Shown in pieces: positions 1 through 11,800 of a DNA stretch of 64,000 bases. The DNA lies in the NCBI GenBank assembly GCA_951406725.2, contig OX597834.1, positions 27,280,001 to 27,344,000 on the forward strand, given 5' to 3'. This DNA is from Octopus vulgaris. Lineage: Eukaryota. The notes under the pieces are model-generated. The model was not told where the DNA came from and ran no database searches. It saw nothing but the letters and a program-made list of their open reading frames with translations. How positions within the stretch are numbered: position 1 is the first letter of the stretch; each line of letters begins with the position of its first letter. Both the position numbers and the translations under genes were made by a program.

Positions 1-386
1 GTCATCATCATCATTATCGTCGTCGTCGTCGTCATCATCATCACCACCATCATCATCATCGTCGTCGCTGTCGTCGTTCTCTTCTACATCGTCTTGGTCA
101 TCACCATCATCATCATCATCATCATTATCATTATCATCGAGGTCATCGGCATCGTTATCATCATCATCGTCATCACCATGATCATGATCATCATCATCAT
201 CATCATTGCTATCGGCATCATCTCGAAAATCGTCACCACCATCGCCACCTCTAATCCAATATTCATCATCATCATCATCATCATCACCATCATCATCATC
301 ACCACCATCATCATCATCATCATCATCACCATCATCATCATCACCACCATCATCATCATCATCATCACCATCATCATCATCACCAC

Positions 387-432
<46 letters not shown>

Positions 433-436
433 GTCG

Positions 437-496
<60 letters not shown>

Positions 497-497
497 G
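1..497. repeat. (ATC/GTC/ACC)n trinucleotide microsatellite
   Basis: Directly visible; source of the poly-Met/Ile/Ser ORFs at 84-734. Confidence 0.97.
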
Positions 498-955
498 GAG
501 CAGAAACACCACCACCAACATCAATATACCCAACATCAATTTCTCCTCTTCTTTCCTCCATCTCGTGCCATCTATAAATTCATTGTCAGCAGCAGCACCA
601 GCACCACCATCATCATCATCATTATCCCCATCATCACCACCACCATCCTCCTCACCAGGTTTTTGTAAATAGGCGGCATACGAACAAAACTGAGAGAGAG
701 AGTTCATAAGGAACGAGACGTCCATGTCGCTCATTCTTCGTTCGTTGACGAAATGAGACGACGACGACGCTGTGTGAAGTTTGACCTGGTGACCTTTCTT
801 TGATGCAGCTTCGAGTGTGGGTCACTTGAAATATATGTTACAGTAAGGAGGACATGGAATGTTGGAGGATAATAGAGGCGTGTCAGCGACATGTCTACAG
901 TACAGGTGACATACAGTAATATCATACACACACACACACACACACGCATATATAT

Positions 956-1260
956 GTTTCTTTATTAGCCACACAGGGCTGCACCATAGACAGGACAAAT
1001 TTCAAGGTAGAGCTTTTCTTTTGGGGGTAAAAAAAAAAGGGGGGTTTGGTTTTCGATCAAAAGGGATCGTAAAGGGAAAGAAAGAGGACAAAAAAAGAGG
1101 GGAATAAAATTTAAGAAAAAAAAAGGGGGGGAAAGGGGGAAAGGAAAATAAATTGATCAATAGGGATCGTTATCACAGAAATGTCAATATGAAGTGTAAA
1201 GGGGAGGACAGGTGAGGTTTACCCGTGGAAAGAAAAGCCTGCGGAAAAGACCACGGTAAA
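956..1260 (-). mobile_element. Probable 3' UTR/tail fragment of a LINE whose 3' end matches the family B SINE tail
   Basis: Minus strand ends ...GCAGCCCTGTGTGGCTAATAAAGAAA, close to the family B end GCCCCTTGTGGGTAATAAAGAAATA. A similar stub lies at ~46258-46285. No coding part is visible. Confidence 0.5.
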
Positions 1261-1511
1261 CGTTTGTCATGTTTGCAGTATAAGTGAGTTCGCATTACAC
1301 CAGCAGCCTTCCACTTTTTTTTTTCGTCCAAGGGATTTTTAAGCCAAATATTGTACACATATCTTTTACTCGTTTCAGTGTTTCAGTGTTTATACCTCGT
1401 TCAGAGATTTATTATTGTTTGCATACAATTTTTCGAGATCAGTGACGAAAAGTTACTGGAAAAACGATATAAGTATTTGCATTGGGACCCCTTTCATCGA
1501 AAACCGGTGAT

Positions 1512-2027
1512 AAGATGATACCGCCAACTGGACTCTCGAAGGAAAGTGAGGCATGTTTTCACTGCACGGTTGCAGTCATAAAAGAATGCATGTGGCGTAC
1601 AAGAATGGAAGGAGTCGCAATAGGATCCTTTGTCTCAGGCCCTGGCTTGCTCACTTACTTCAGATATCATCTGAAGAGCAAAATGGGGCTGGAAAAGAAG
1701 ACCTTACTACGAGGTGTGTATGAAAAAAGATGGAAGGAAGTGGCAAAAAAGGTGGGTGTCAGAAACCCAGTTTAACTAAGGATGGAGAAGAGGAAAGGAA
1801 AGCTGCGGGGCCTTATAGGTTGCCGGGGTTTAAAATATATCGGTAAGATTTCAATCTAATGTAATGTTATATTAGTCAATGCAAAGGACAATTTAAATAC
1901 AGTTTTTTTGTATAATGAATAATCCATATATTTTGGAAATTTTTAAACGAACCACTTAACTGTTTTTTGTGTGTATGTCCTGTATTGTTCTTCTATGTAC
2001 TGATTTTATAATCGTAATAAAGAATTA
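1512..2027 (+). mobile_element. 5'-truncated L1/Tx1-type LINE (ORF2 C-terminus + 3' UTR)
   Basis: Perfect 16-bp TSD ATCGAAAACCGGTGAT at 1496-1511 and 2028-2043. ORF ending at 1775 reads ...VAVIKECMWRTR...YEKRW, like the K-x-x-W-x-x-R...W tail of L1/Tx1 ORF2. AATAAA at 2016-2021. Confidence 0.72.
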
Positions 2028-2046
2028 ATCGAAAACCGGTGATTGT

Positions 2047-2091
2047 CGTACGCTGATGACAGGTCGAAACCTAGAAACTGCAGTCCGTGCG
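2047..2091 (+). ncRNA. Minimal type I hammerhead ribozyme motif
   Basis: Stem I CGTACG/CGTGCG; core CTGATGA (2053-2059); stem II AGGT-CGAA-ACCT closed by a non-canonical C.A; GAAAC-TGCA-GTC with palindromic loop. Predicted cleavage after C2085. Confidence 0.72.
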
Positions 2092-2296
2092 TATTACTTA
2101 GGTTGACGAGGGAAGGATGACCTCCCTTTGCAAATACCATAAGAGCACAGATAGTGTGCCTAAAGCCAGCTGGAGACGATGTTCTCCTGGGGTTACAAGC
2201 CACAGTAACACCCACCCTTAGTGGTTAGCCATATTGAGATGGCTAGTATACCTCACATTGGCGTGCAGTTACTGTTTATACCTCGTTCAGAGATTT

Positions 2297-2672
2297 AATG
2301 GCCCAGTGGTTAGGGCAGCGGACTCGCGGTCATAGGATCGTGGTTTCGATTTCCAAACCGGGCGTTGTGAGTGTTTATTGAGCGAAAACACCGAAAAGCT
2401 CCACGAGGCTCCGGCAGGGGATGGTGGTGATCCCTGCTGTACTCTTTCATCACAACTTTCTCTCACTCTTACTTCCTGTTTCTGTTGTACCTGTATTTCA
2501 AAGGGCCGGCCTTGTCACTCTCTGTGTGACGCTGAATATCCCCGAGAACTACGTTAAGGGTACACGTGTCTGTGGAGTGCTCAGCCACTTACACGTTAAT
2601 TTCACGAGCAGGCTGTTCCGTTGATTCGGATCAACCGGAACCCTCGTCGTCGTAACCGACGGAGTGCTTCCA
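2297..2672 (+). mobile_element. tRNA-derived SINE family A (OR-like), missing first ~10 nt
   Basis: A-box TGGCCCAGTGG, B-box GTTTCGATTTC; near-identical to copies at 24974, 27976, 37540, 57750. Confidence 0.92.
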
Positions 2673-3220
2673 TACCTCCATAGTGTTTCAGTCATTGGCT
2701 CATGCTGGGGCACCGGCTTGAAGGGTTCAGTCTAATTAATCGGCAATGTAACTCATACCCATAAATCACACTCGAAACAAAAACAAAGCAAAACAGACCT
2801 CTTCGGGCATCAATTGTTGCGTTGTCTGTATTTATGTCGAAAGATGAACTAGTTTCATTCAAAGACAGAGCTTTGTATGATACTTACATACTCTTTTCCA
2901 TCTCTCTCTCTCTCTTCCCCTCTCTCATTGCCTCTCTCTCTTTCTTTCTTTATCTCTCTCTGTCTCGCTCTATCTCTTTCTTTCAGTTATAAACAAGGGA
3001 CTCCTTATGACTGTTACCTCTTTTATCTCCCCTTCTGTCTGTCTCTCTTTCCCTCTCTGTTTCTGCCCTCTCTCTTTCCTTCATAGCTTCTATCTCTTCA
3101 CTCACTCTCGCTCTTTTCTGTCATGTTTTCATGATTCTTTCTTTCTTTCTTTCTTTCTTTCTTTTTTATTTGCTAGTGCTTTCTTACAGTTTTTTTTCCT
3201 CAGCTCAACACAACGACCTT

Positions 3221-3510
3221 CACACACACACACACACACACACATACTAACACGCACACACACACACACATACTCACACATACAAAACACTCCCCCCACC
3301 CCCCACCCCCACATACTCACACACACATACTCACACACACACACACACATACACACACACACATACTCACACACACACACACACACACACATACTCACAC
3401 ATACAAAACACACACACACACACACACGCATACTCACACGCACACACACACACACATACAAAACAACACACACACACACACACACTCACACACACGCACA
3501 CACACACATA

Positions 3511-3549
<39 letters not shown>

Positions 3550-4160
3550 GCACACACACACTTTCTCTCTCTCTCTATCCCCGCCGTTAAAACCACAATC
3601 AAACTCCTCAAACTCTCTTCTTCAGCCACATTATTTATTTATTTATTTATTTATTTACTAATGTTCTTCCGTCTACAATTCGTCAATCTTGTAACGATTA
3701 CCACACCTTCATCATCATCATCACCATCATCATCTCATCATCGTCATCATCATTATCATCATCATCATCATCATCATCGTCGTCGTTGTCGTCCCCGTCG
3801 TCATAATATTGTCATTATCGTCTTCTTCTTCCTCTTCTTCTTCTTTCTTCTTCTTCTCCTCCTCCTCCTCCTTCTTCTTCTTCTTCTCCTTCTCCTCCTC
3901 CTCCTCCTCCCCATCTGCTTCTTCTTTCTTCTTCTTCTTCTTCTTCTTCTTCTTCTTCTTTCTTTTTCTTCTTCTTCTTCTCCTTCTCCTTCTCCTTATT
4001 CTTCTTCTTCTTCTTCTCCTTCTTCTTCTTCTTCTTCTTCTTCTTCTCCTCCTCCTTCTTCTTCTTCTTCTTCTTCTTCTTCTCCTTCTCCTCCTCCTCC
4101 TTCTTCCTCTTATCTTCTTCTTCTTCTTCTTCTTCTTCTTCTTCTCCTTCTTCTTCTCCT

Positions 4161-4192
<32 letters not shown>

Positions 4193-4290
4193 TACTTCGT
4201 CTGCTTTCTTTCTTCTTCTTTTTCTTCTTCTTCTTCTACTTCGTCTGCTTTCTTTCTTCTTCTTCTTCTTCTTCTTCTTCTTCTCCGCCT
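3221..4290. repeat. Compound microsatellite block (CA)n, (ATC)n, (CTT/CCT)n
   Basis: Directly visible; produces the spurious 523-aa ORF 3007-4578. Confidence 0.95.
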
Positions 4291-4840
4291 TCTTCCCGCT
4301 CTTCTTCTCCCGATCTACCAACCACCCCACCAACCTACCTACTTTCAAAAAATCTCGAACCCTCATCTCGAGCCCCACACCGCGCCTCTTTCTCTCTCTA
4401 CTTGCCAAATCTAGACAATCTGCTTTTATACGAAATTAGTGGAGAGACACACAGACTCATGCATAGATTGACAGAGGAGTTAATCCCACTGATTAAAGAG
4501 CTCCAAATTCAGTCCATTGTTCTTTGTGTGATAAATGAGAAGAAAAAGCACCCGTTTGAACAGCCACCCGAATTATGATTTTCAATAAGAACTCAATCAT
4601 TCCAATGTACCCGAGTGTAAATACTTTGTTGCTTCAGTATTACGTTGCTGCCTCTTCTTCTCTCTTCCCTCTTCTCTTTTTCCCTCTCCCATCCCTCTTT
4701 CCCTGTTTTTCTCTGTCTCTATTTTTTCTTTCCTTTTCCCGTCATTCTTTCTTCCTTTCTCGCTTTTTTTTTCTTTCCTTCTGTCTGTCTTTCTTTCTTT
4801 CTTTCTATAAATCATCAACTGTTTTCAAAAATGGCTGTTC

Positions 4841-5253
<413 letters not shown>

Positions 5254-5630
5254 TATATCTCTAGTCTTATTCTTGGCTTCAATTGTTGGATTGCAGATCG
5301 TTAAAAATGCGAAAGAACGAGAGTTACAATAAAGTGAAAATATATAGGATGGACCAAATAGACTAGACGCAAAAGTTGCGATTCAACGTCCCATAAATAG
5401 TGGAAAAAACAAAAAAAGAAAATAAAAAAAGCATGAAAGTTTCATTTACAACACAAAAACGTAAACGATAAAGCTTTATTCATTCTTGCTCGCACAGATC
5501 AGCATGGTGGCCTTGTGGTTAAACCTGTAGGGCGCACAAACATAATAGCGTGGTTTCGATTCAAAGTCCGCACATCATTTCACCCTTTTATGCAAACTGT
5601 AAAATTTTGCCCGAACACCCTATATATATA

Positions 5631-6038
5631 TACTCTTTTACTCTTTTACTTGTTTCAGTCATTTGACTGCGGCCATGCTGGAGCACCGCCTTTAGTCGAG
5701 CAAATCGACCCCGGGACTTATTCTTTGTAAGCCGAGTACTTATTCTATCGGTCTCTTTTGCCGAACCGCTAAGTGACGGGGACGTAAACACACCAGCATC
5801 GGTTGTCAAGCAATGCTAGGGAGACAAACACAGACACACAAACACACACACACACACATACATACATATATATATACATATATACGACAGGCTTCTTTCA
5901 GTTTCCGTCTACTAAATCCACTCACAAGGCATTGGTCGGCCCGAGGCTATAGTAGAAGACACTTGCCCAAAGTGCCACGCAGTGGGACTGAACCCAGAAC
6001 CATGTGGTTGGTTAGCAAGCTACTTACCACACAGCCAC
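5631..6038 (-). mobile_element. tRNA-derived SINE family C with internal (TA)/(TG) microsatellite
   Basis: Minus strand: TGGCTGTGTGG A-box, GGTTCAGTCCC B-box, TTGGGCAAGTGTCTTC CORE-like motif, (AAAAGAGT)n tail; matches copies at 17032, 18144, 39411, 61926. Confidence 0.92.
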
Positions 6039-6052
6039 ATAAAAATATATCG

Positions 6053-6514
6053 TATAAAATAAGGGCAAAAGAAAAAATCTAATGCCAAATATGCCGAAAA
6101 AAAGACAAAATTGTCAATAGCCATTATAATTTATGCGTCTCGAAAGAAGCCGATAGAAATTTCTAAAAAATTCCGTTATTACCGTATTGGTCCCAATTTC
6201 GGGGTTAATTCATAAGAATTTTCCCCTCCTCAGCGATAAATACGTAAGACATAAATGAAATACTTATTCATACCCATGGAAAAAGCAAGCACTAAGTACC
6301 CCAAATATAATTAGAAATTTCTATCGGCTTGTTTCGAGACGCATAAATTATAATGGTTATTAACAATTTTGTCTTTTTTTCGGCATATTTGGCATTAGAA
6401 TTTTTCTTTTGCCCTTATTTTATAAGTTATTTATAAATTTAACCTTTAAAGGTATCTTTTGATATGCTGGGCATTGATAAAATTTTTTCCGAAAAAAATT
6501 TTGTCCTACATTAG
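6053..6514. mobile_element. Family F non-coding repeat as an inverted pair (Penelope pLTR-like) with HHR-like motif
   Basis: 114-bp inverted arms 6053-6166 and 6311-6424. Homologous to 26690-27034 and 41430-41603. HHR-like motif on the minus strand at 6185-6238. Confidence 0.72.
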
Positions 6515-6526
6515 TTGTATATATAA

Positions 6527-6608
<82 letters not shown>

Positions 6609-6722
6609 GTATGTATACACAAATTATTAAGTTGGCTATTTGCAATTTACAGCCGAAAGTCATAAGTATAGTGGTCACTATAGTGACGGAGGGTGCTCGT
6701 CAGCACCAGCATTCTGTTATTG

Positions 6723-6920
6723 TTTTATTTGGTTCAGTCATTTGGTTGCAGCCATGCTGGAGCACCGCCTTTAGTCGAACAAATCGACCCCAGGACTTAT
6801 TCTTTGTAAGCCTAGTACTTATTTCATCGGTATATTTTTGCCGAACCGCTAAGTTACGGGATGTAAACACACCACCATCGCTTGACAAGCGATGGTGGGC
6901 TGACAAACACAGACACACAG

Positions 6921-6986
<66 letters not shown>

Positions 6987-7170
6987 ATATGTATGTATGT
7001 ATGTATGAATGTATACGATGGGCTTCTTGCAGTTTCCGTTCACAAAATCCACTCACAAGACTTTAATTGGCTTGAGGCCATAGTAGAAGACTCCTACCCA
7101 AGGTTCCACGCAGTGGGACTGAACCTGGAATCATGTGGTTGGGAAGCAAGCTACTTACCACACACCCACT
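6723..7170 (-). mobile_element. SINE family C (diverged copy)
   Basis: Collinear with 5631-6038, with an expanded internal microsatellite. Confidence 0.88.
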
Positions 7171-7191
7171 ATATACGTATATGTGTGTGTG

Positions 7192-7248
<57 letters not shown>

Positions 7249-8731
7249 TTGTTCTATTTTATCTACTAGACCTCCCTCCTTATGTCCTTCCCACACAAAT
7301 CTGTGGCCTTGTTCTAATTTAAGGAAATCCTTAATTGTTCCTGTTCACTTTTCTCTAATGTCTCAAAACTATAAAAAAAAACCAAAAAAAAAACAAAAAC
7401 CAAAACCAAACCTCTTTCCCAACCCTCATCCCCCAGAAAATAAACCGGCAAAAAACAACCCAACAAAACAAAAATACAATAATTCTACATTCATACATCA
7501 TAATTCTTGCCTAAATCATTTACCATTTTCAGTAGGTATGTGATGTTGGCGGTGGCGGTAGAGGTGATGTTGACGGTGGTAATGGTGATGTTGGTGAGGT
7601 GGTGGTGGTGGTGGTGACGGTGAAGAGATGATGAGTAATGTTCGGTGAGAGGTAGGGTGGGGGAATTATACCTATTTTCATGCATTTTTTATATTTCATA
7701 TATATCTTATATTTATTATATTTACCTACATTATTAATGTACATAATCTCCCTCCTCCTCAATCTCCCCATTTCCTCTCAGATATCTCCACTCATATTAG
7801 TCTGTGATGGTGGTGGTGGTGGTGGTGGTGGTGGTGGTGGTGGTGGTGGTGGAGGTGTCGGCGTTGGTGGTATTGATGGAAGTGATGGGTATGATGGTGG
7901 GGATGGTAGTTTTGTTGATGGTGGCGGAGGTGGAAGCGTTATTATGGTACATATTTAATGCTGCCTGTCTGTTGGTACCATATACCCGAAATATGTTAAT
8001 AGTGTCTTACAAGAATCCAAGCACTTCACTCTGTCAGATGTCGACGTGAACGGCACTAGAGGAACGCCAGCTGACAATGGAAACACTTCGCTACAGTTGA
8101 CACACACGCTCTACAAACACTACTTTACTTCTCCTAACCCACCTCCTTACTACTCCTTTCTCCTCCTTCTCTACACCCCTTCTCTCCCTCTTCTTCTTCT
8201 TCTTCTTCTTCTTCATCATCATCATCATCATCATCATCTTCTTCTTCTTCTTCTCTTTCTTTCATTCTTTCTTTCTTTTGTAGCTTCTCTTTCTTTCATT
8301 CTTTCTTTCTTTTGTAGCTTCTCTTTCTTCTCATTCATCTACTTCTTCTTCCCTCCTTTTCCATCTCTCTTCTTCTTCTTCTTCTTCTTCTTCTTCTTCT
8401 TCTTCTTCTTCTTCATTTCCCCCTCCTCTCCTTTTCTATTTCCATTTCTTTTTCATCTTTGGTTTCACCTTCTTCATTCTTCGTTTCCTCGTCCTTTTCT
8501 CGCCGCTTCCTCCACCACAAACATATCCACGACCTCACACTGCTTCTCCATAAATACTTTTAAAAGCAGTTCTTGAAGGAATAATACGATAACCGGTTTT
8601 GTAATAGGCAGCTAAACCCAATCAATACATACACTTCCATATTTGCCTACCACCCCTGATCTACATTTATGTCCTTGTGTATATGTATTTGATAAATAAC
8701 CATACCCATAGTTAAAATAAAAATAAATACC

Positions 8732-9150
8732 TATTTCTTTACTACCCACAAGGGGCTAAACACAGAGGGGACAAACAAGGACAGACAAACGGATTAAGTC
8801 GATTATATCGATTCCATTGCGTAACTGGTACTTACTTTATCGACTCCGAAAGGATGAAAGGCAAAGTCGACGTCGGCGGAATTTGAACTCAGAACGTAGC
8901 GGCAGACGAAATACCTTTTTTTTTTCTTTTTACTACCCACAAGGGGCTAAACACAGGGGACAAACAAGGACAGACAAACGGATTAAGTGGATTATATCGA
9001 TTCCAGTGCGTAACTGGTACTTAATTTATCGACCTCGAAAGGATGAAAGGCAAAGTCGACCTCGGCGGAATTTGAACTCACAACGTAACGGCAGACGAAA
9101 TACGGCTACACATTTCGCCCGGCGTGCTAACGTTTCTGCCAGCTCGCCAC
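8732..9150 (-). mobile_element. SINE family B head-to-tail dimer
   Basis: Full unit plus a second unit starting at internal GGTATTTCG. Central GGTCGACTTTGCCTTTCATCCTTTCG...GTCGATAAA...AGTACCAG resembles, from memory, the Nin/Deu-type SINE domain. Confidence 0.9.
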
Positions 9151-9372
9151 TTTGTAATTTTAATACATCAAGAATTTAAATTGAACGCTATTTAACATAT
9201 CTGCGTGTCTATGTCGTAAAACGCATGTCTCTGGCCACTCTCAGTTCTCTTAGGTCACTTTTGTTTTACATATACAAACATACATACATATATACATACA
9301 TATACAAACAAACATACATATATACATACATATACAAACACACATACATATATACATACATACGTGAACACA

Positions 9373-9593
9373 GATTACCGCTATGGGCTCCGTGTGAGCA
9401 ATCATCTGAAAGTTTTTTTGTGCATTTTGATGTTGACATAAGTTCCTTGCTTTTCCTGATGAGAGAGCGCCATAATGTACTCCTTATTCCTTCGCAATTA
9501 GGAATATGGAGCCTTCGAAACATATGTCGAAAATAAAGGAATTTTGTTAATTCGTCGTTCAGCTCCATTCTTTCATATATTTATATTTTCAAA
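9373..9593 (+). mobile_element. 221-bp non-coding hammerhead element with 13-bp TSD
   Basis: Flanked by ATACGTGAACACA at 9360-9372 and 9594-9606; contains the HHR at 9443-9541. Confidence 0.78.
9443..9541 (+). ncRNA. Type I hammerhead ribozyme, canonical core
   Basis: Stem I TTTTC/GAAAA extended by TTCCTT/AAGGAA; CTGATGA 9456-9462; long stem II closed by G-C (GAGAGCGCCATA/TATGGAGCCTTC); GAAAC-ATAT-GTC. Predicted cleavage after C9528. Confidence 0.85.
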
Positions 9594-9784
9594 ATACGTG
9601 AACACATATATACATTCATATATTTACACATATAAATACATATATATATATGCATACAAAATAACCAATAAATAATAGATAAACCATGAATTTATGTTTT
9701 ATGGTTCTTGATGTACCTGCATTTGTCTGTTACTGGCAATTCTGAGAACTCTTAGCTCATTTTTGTTTAAATTATGCATGTTTC

Positions 9785-10490
<706 letters not shown>

Positions 10491-10854
10491 ACATATCTGG
10501 CTCGTGCCGTTAGTGAAATCTCATGCTAAGCAATAGGCATTACTTAAGTAAACTAGCAACAAAAGACCTTATCACGATGAGAACAATACACAGCAGATCT
10601 GCTATGTTTGTTTTTCCTTACAACATTGACTAAATTATTTCAAACACAATATCCAGATCTTATACACATATACACTTTGACAACATGACACAAAACATTA
10701 AGTATGAAACAAAAGTCTCTGTTTTCTTATCACCGCAGTCACACAACAACATGACAAATTTATCCTGATGTACCGCGTGGTTTAGAATATTCTCTTCATT
10801 TTTGTATCATTGTGCTTTTCATGTCCTTTCTGTTTAAAGCGTTGGCAGATCAAT

Positions 10855-11800
10855 TTTGTGAAGTCCCTTGGACTAGTGGTTTTGCTGTTGCATTCACGAT
10901 CGAAAGATCGTGGTTTCGATTCCCGGAGCGGGTGGTGGAGTGTGTTCTTGAGCAGGCGGTGCATTGAGTTCGAAACACTTCTTTTCACGTTGCTTCCAGT
11001 CCACTCAGCTACAAATGAGTAACTTTGCAACGGACTGGGGTTCCGTTCTGGGGAACTTTGCAACGGACTGGGGTTCCGTTCTGGGGTAATGTTGTGTTCC
11101 CAGTCACTTTCATGCCAAGGAAATCGGGTTTAACTCCGGCTCGATGAGACCTAAGACTTGAGAGAGTAATACCCAAGAGGTGAGGCGCATGGCCTAGAGG
11201 TTACACACACGATTGTACGATCGCGATTTAGGATACCGGACCGGGAAGTAAATTGTGTTCTTGACCAAAACACCTCATTTCACGTTGCTCCGGCCGTAAA
11301 CGAGTAAGCATGCGACAGGCTGGCATCCCAGTAATCATGGTTTTGATTCCCAGAGCGAGCTGTGCGCTATGTTCTTAAGCAAAACACTCCATTTCACGTT
11401 GACCCAGTCCACTCAGTTGTAAAATAAGTAATCCCGCAAAGAACTGGCGTCCGTCCAGGGGAACTTATGTGACTCGGTCATTTATATGACAAGGAAAGAG
11501 GGTTCATCTCTGGCACCCAATGAGACCTAGGACTGAAGACATTAATGCCTAAAGGTTGCGGTGCATGACTTAGACGTCAGAACGTTGCACTTACGATTTC
11601 GGTTCCCGGACCAGGAGGTGAATTGAGTTCTTAATCAAAACACCTCACTTTACGTTGCTCCAGCTGTAAATGAGCAACCCTGCAAAAGACTCGTGTCTAG
11701 TTCAGGATAGCTGTTGTGATCTTAGTCACTTATATGCCATAAAAACCGGATAACCAGCCCTATGAGTTGTAGGACTAGAAGCAAAACCTTGCTTTTACTT
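10855..11800 (+). mobile_element. Tandem cluster of about four diverged family D tRNA-SINE units
   Basis: Repeated module GGTTTCGATTCCCGG...TGTGTTCTTGAGCAAAACAC...TTCACGTTGCTCCAG...AAATGAGT...GACTGG near 10915, 11240, 11340, 11600; related to 53690-53946. Confidence 0.72.

Larger units (their letters stand above)
1387..2297 (+). mobile_element. Terminally redundant hammerhead-containing non-coding element (retrozyme/Penelope pLTR-like), interrupted by a LINE fragment
   Basis: 25-bp direct repeat TGTTTATACCTCGTTCAGAGATTTA at 1387-1411 and 2273-2297. HHR motif at 2047-2091. Removing the TSD-flanked insert 1512-2027 leaves a ~354-nt monomer. Confidence 0.7.

Noticed and set aside
84-734. 216-aa and overlapping ORFs
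   Set aside because: Translations of an (ATC)n microsatellite, with no domain or codon structure.
2421-2624. Recurrent 67-aa ORF MVVIPAVLFHHNF... (also 28110, 37660, 57799)
   Set aside because: Incidental frame inside SINE family A; it is disrupted in the 24974 copy.
3007-4578. Longest ORF (523 aa)
   Set aside because: Open only because (CA)n and (CTT)n tracts lack stops; the non-repetitive tail is unrecognisable.
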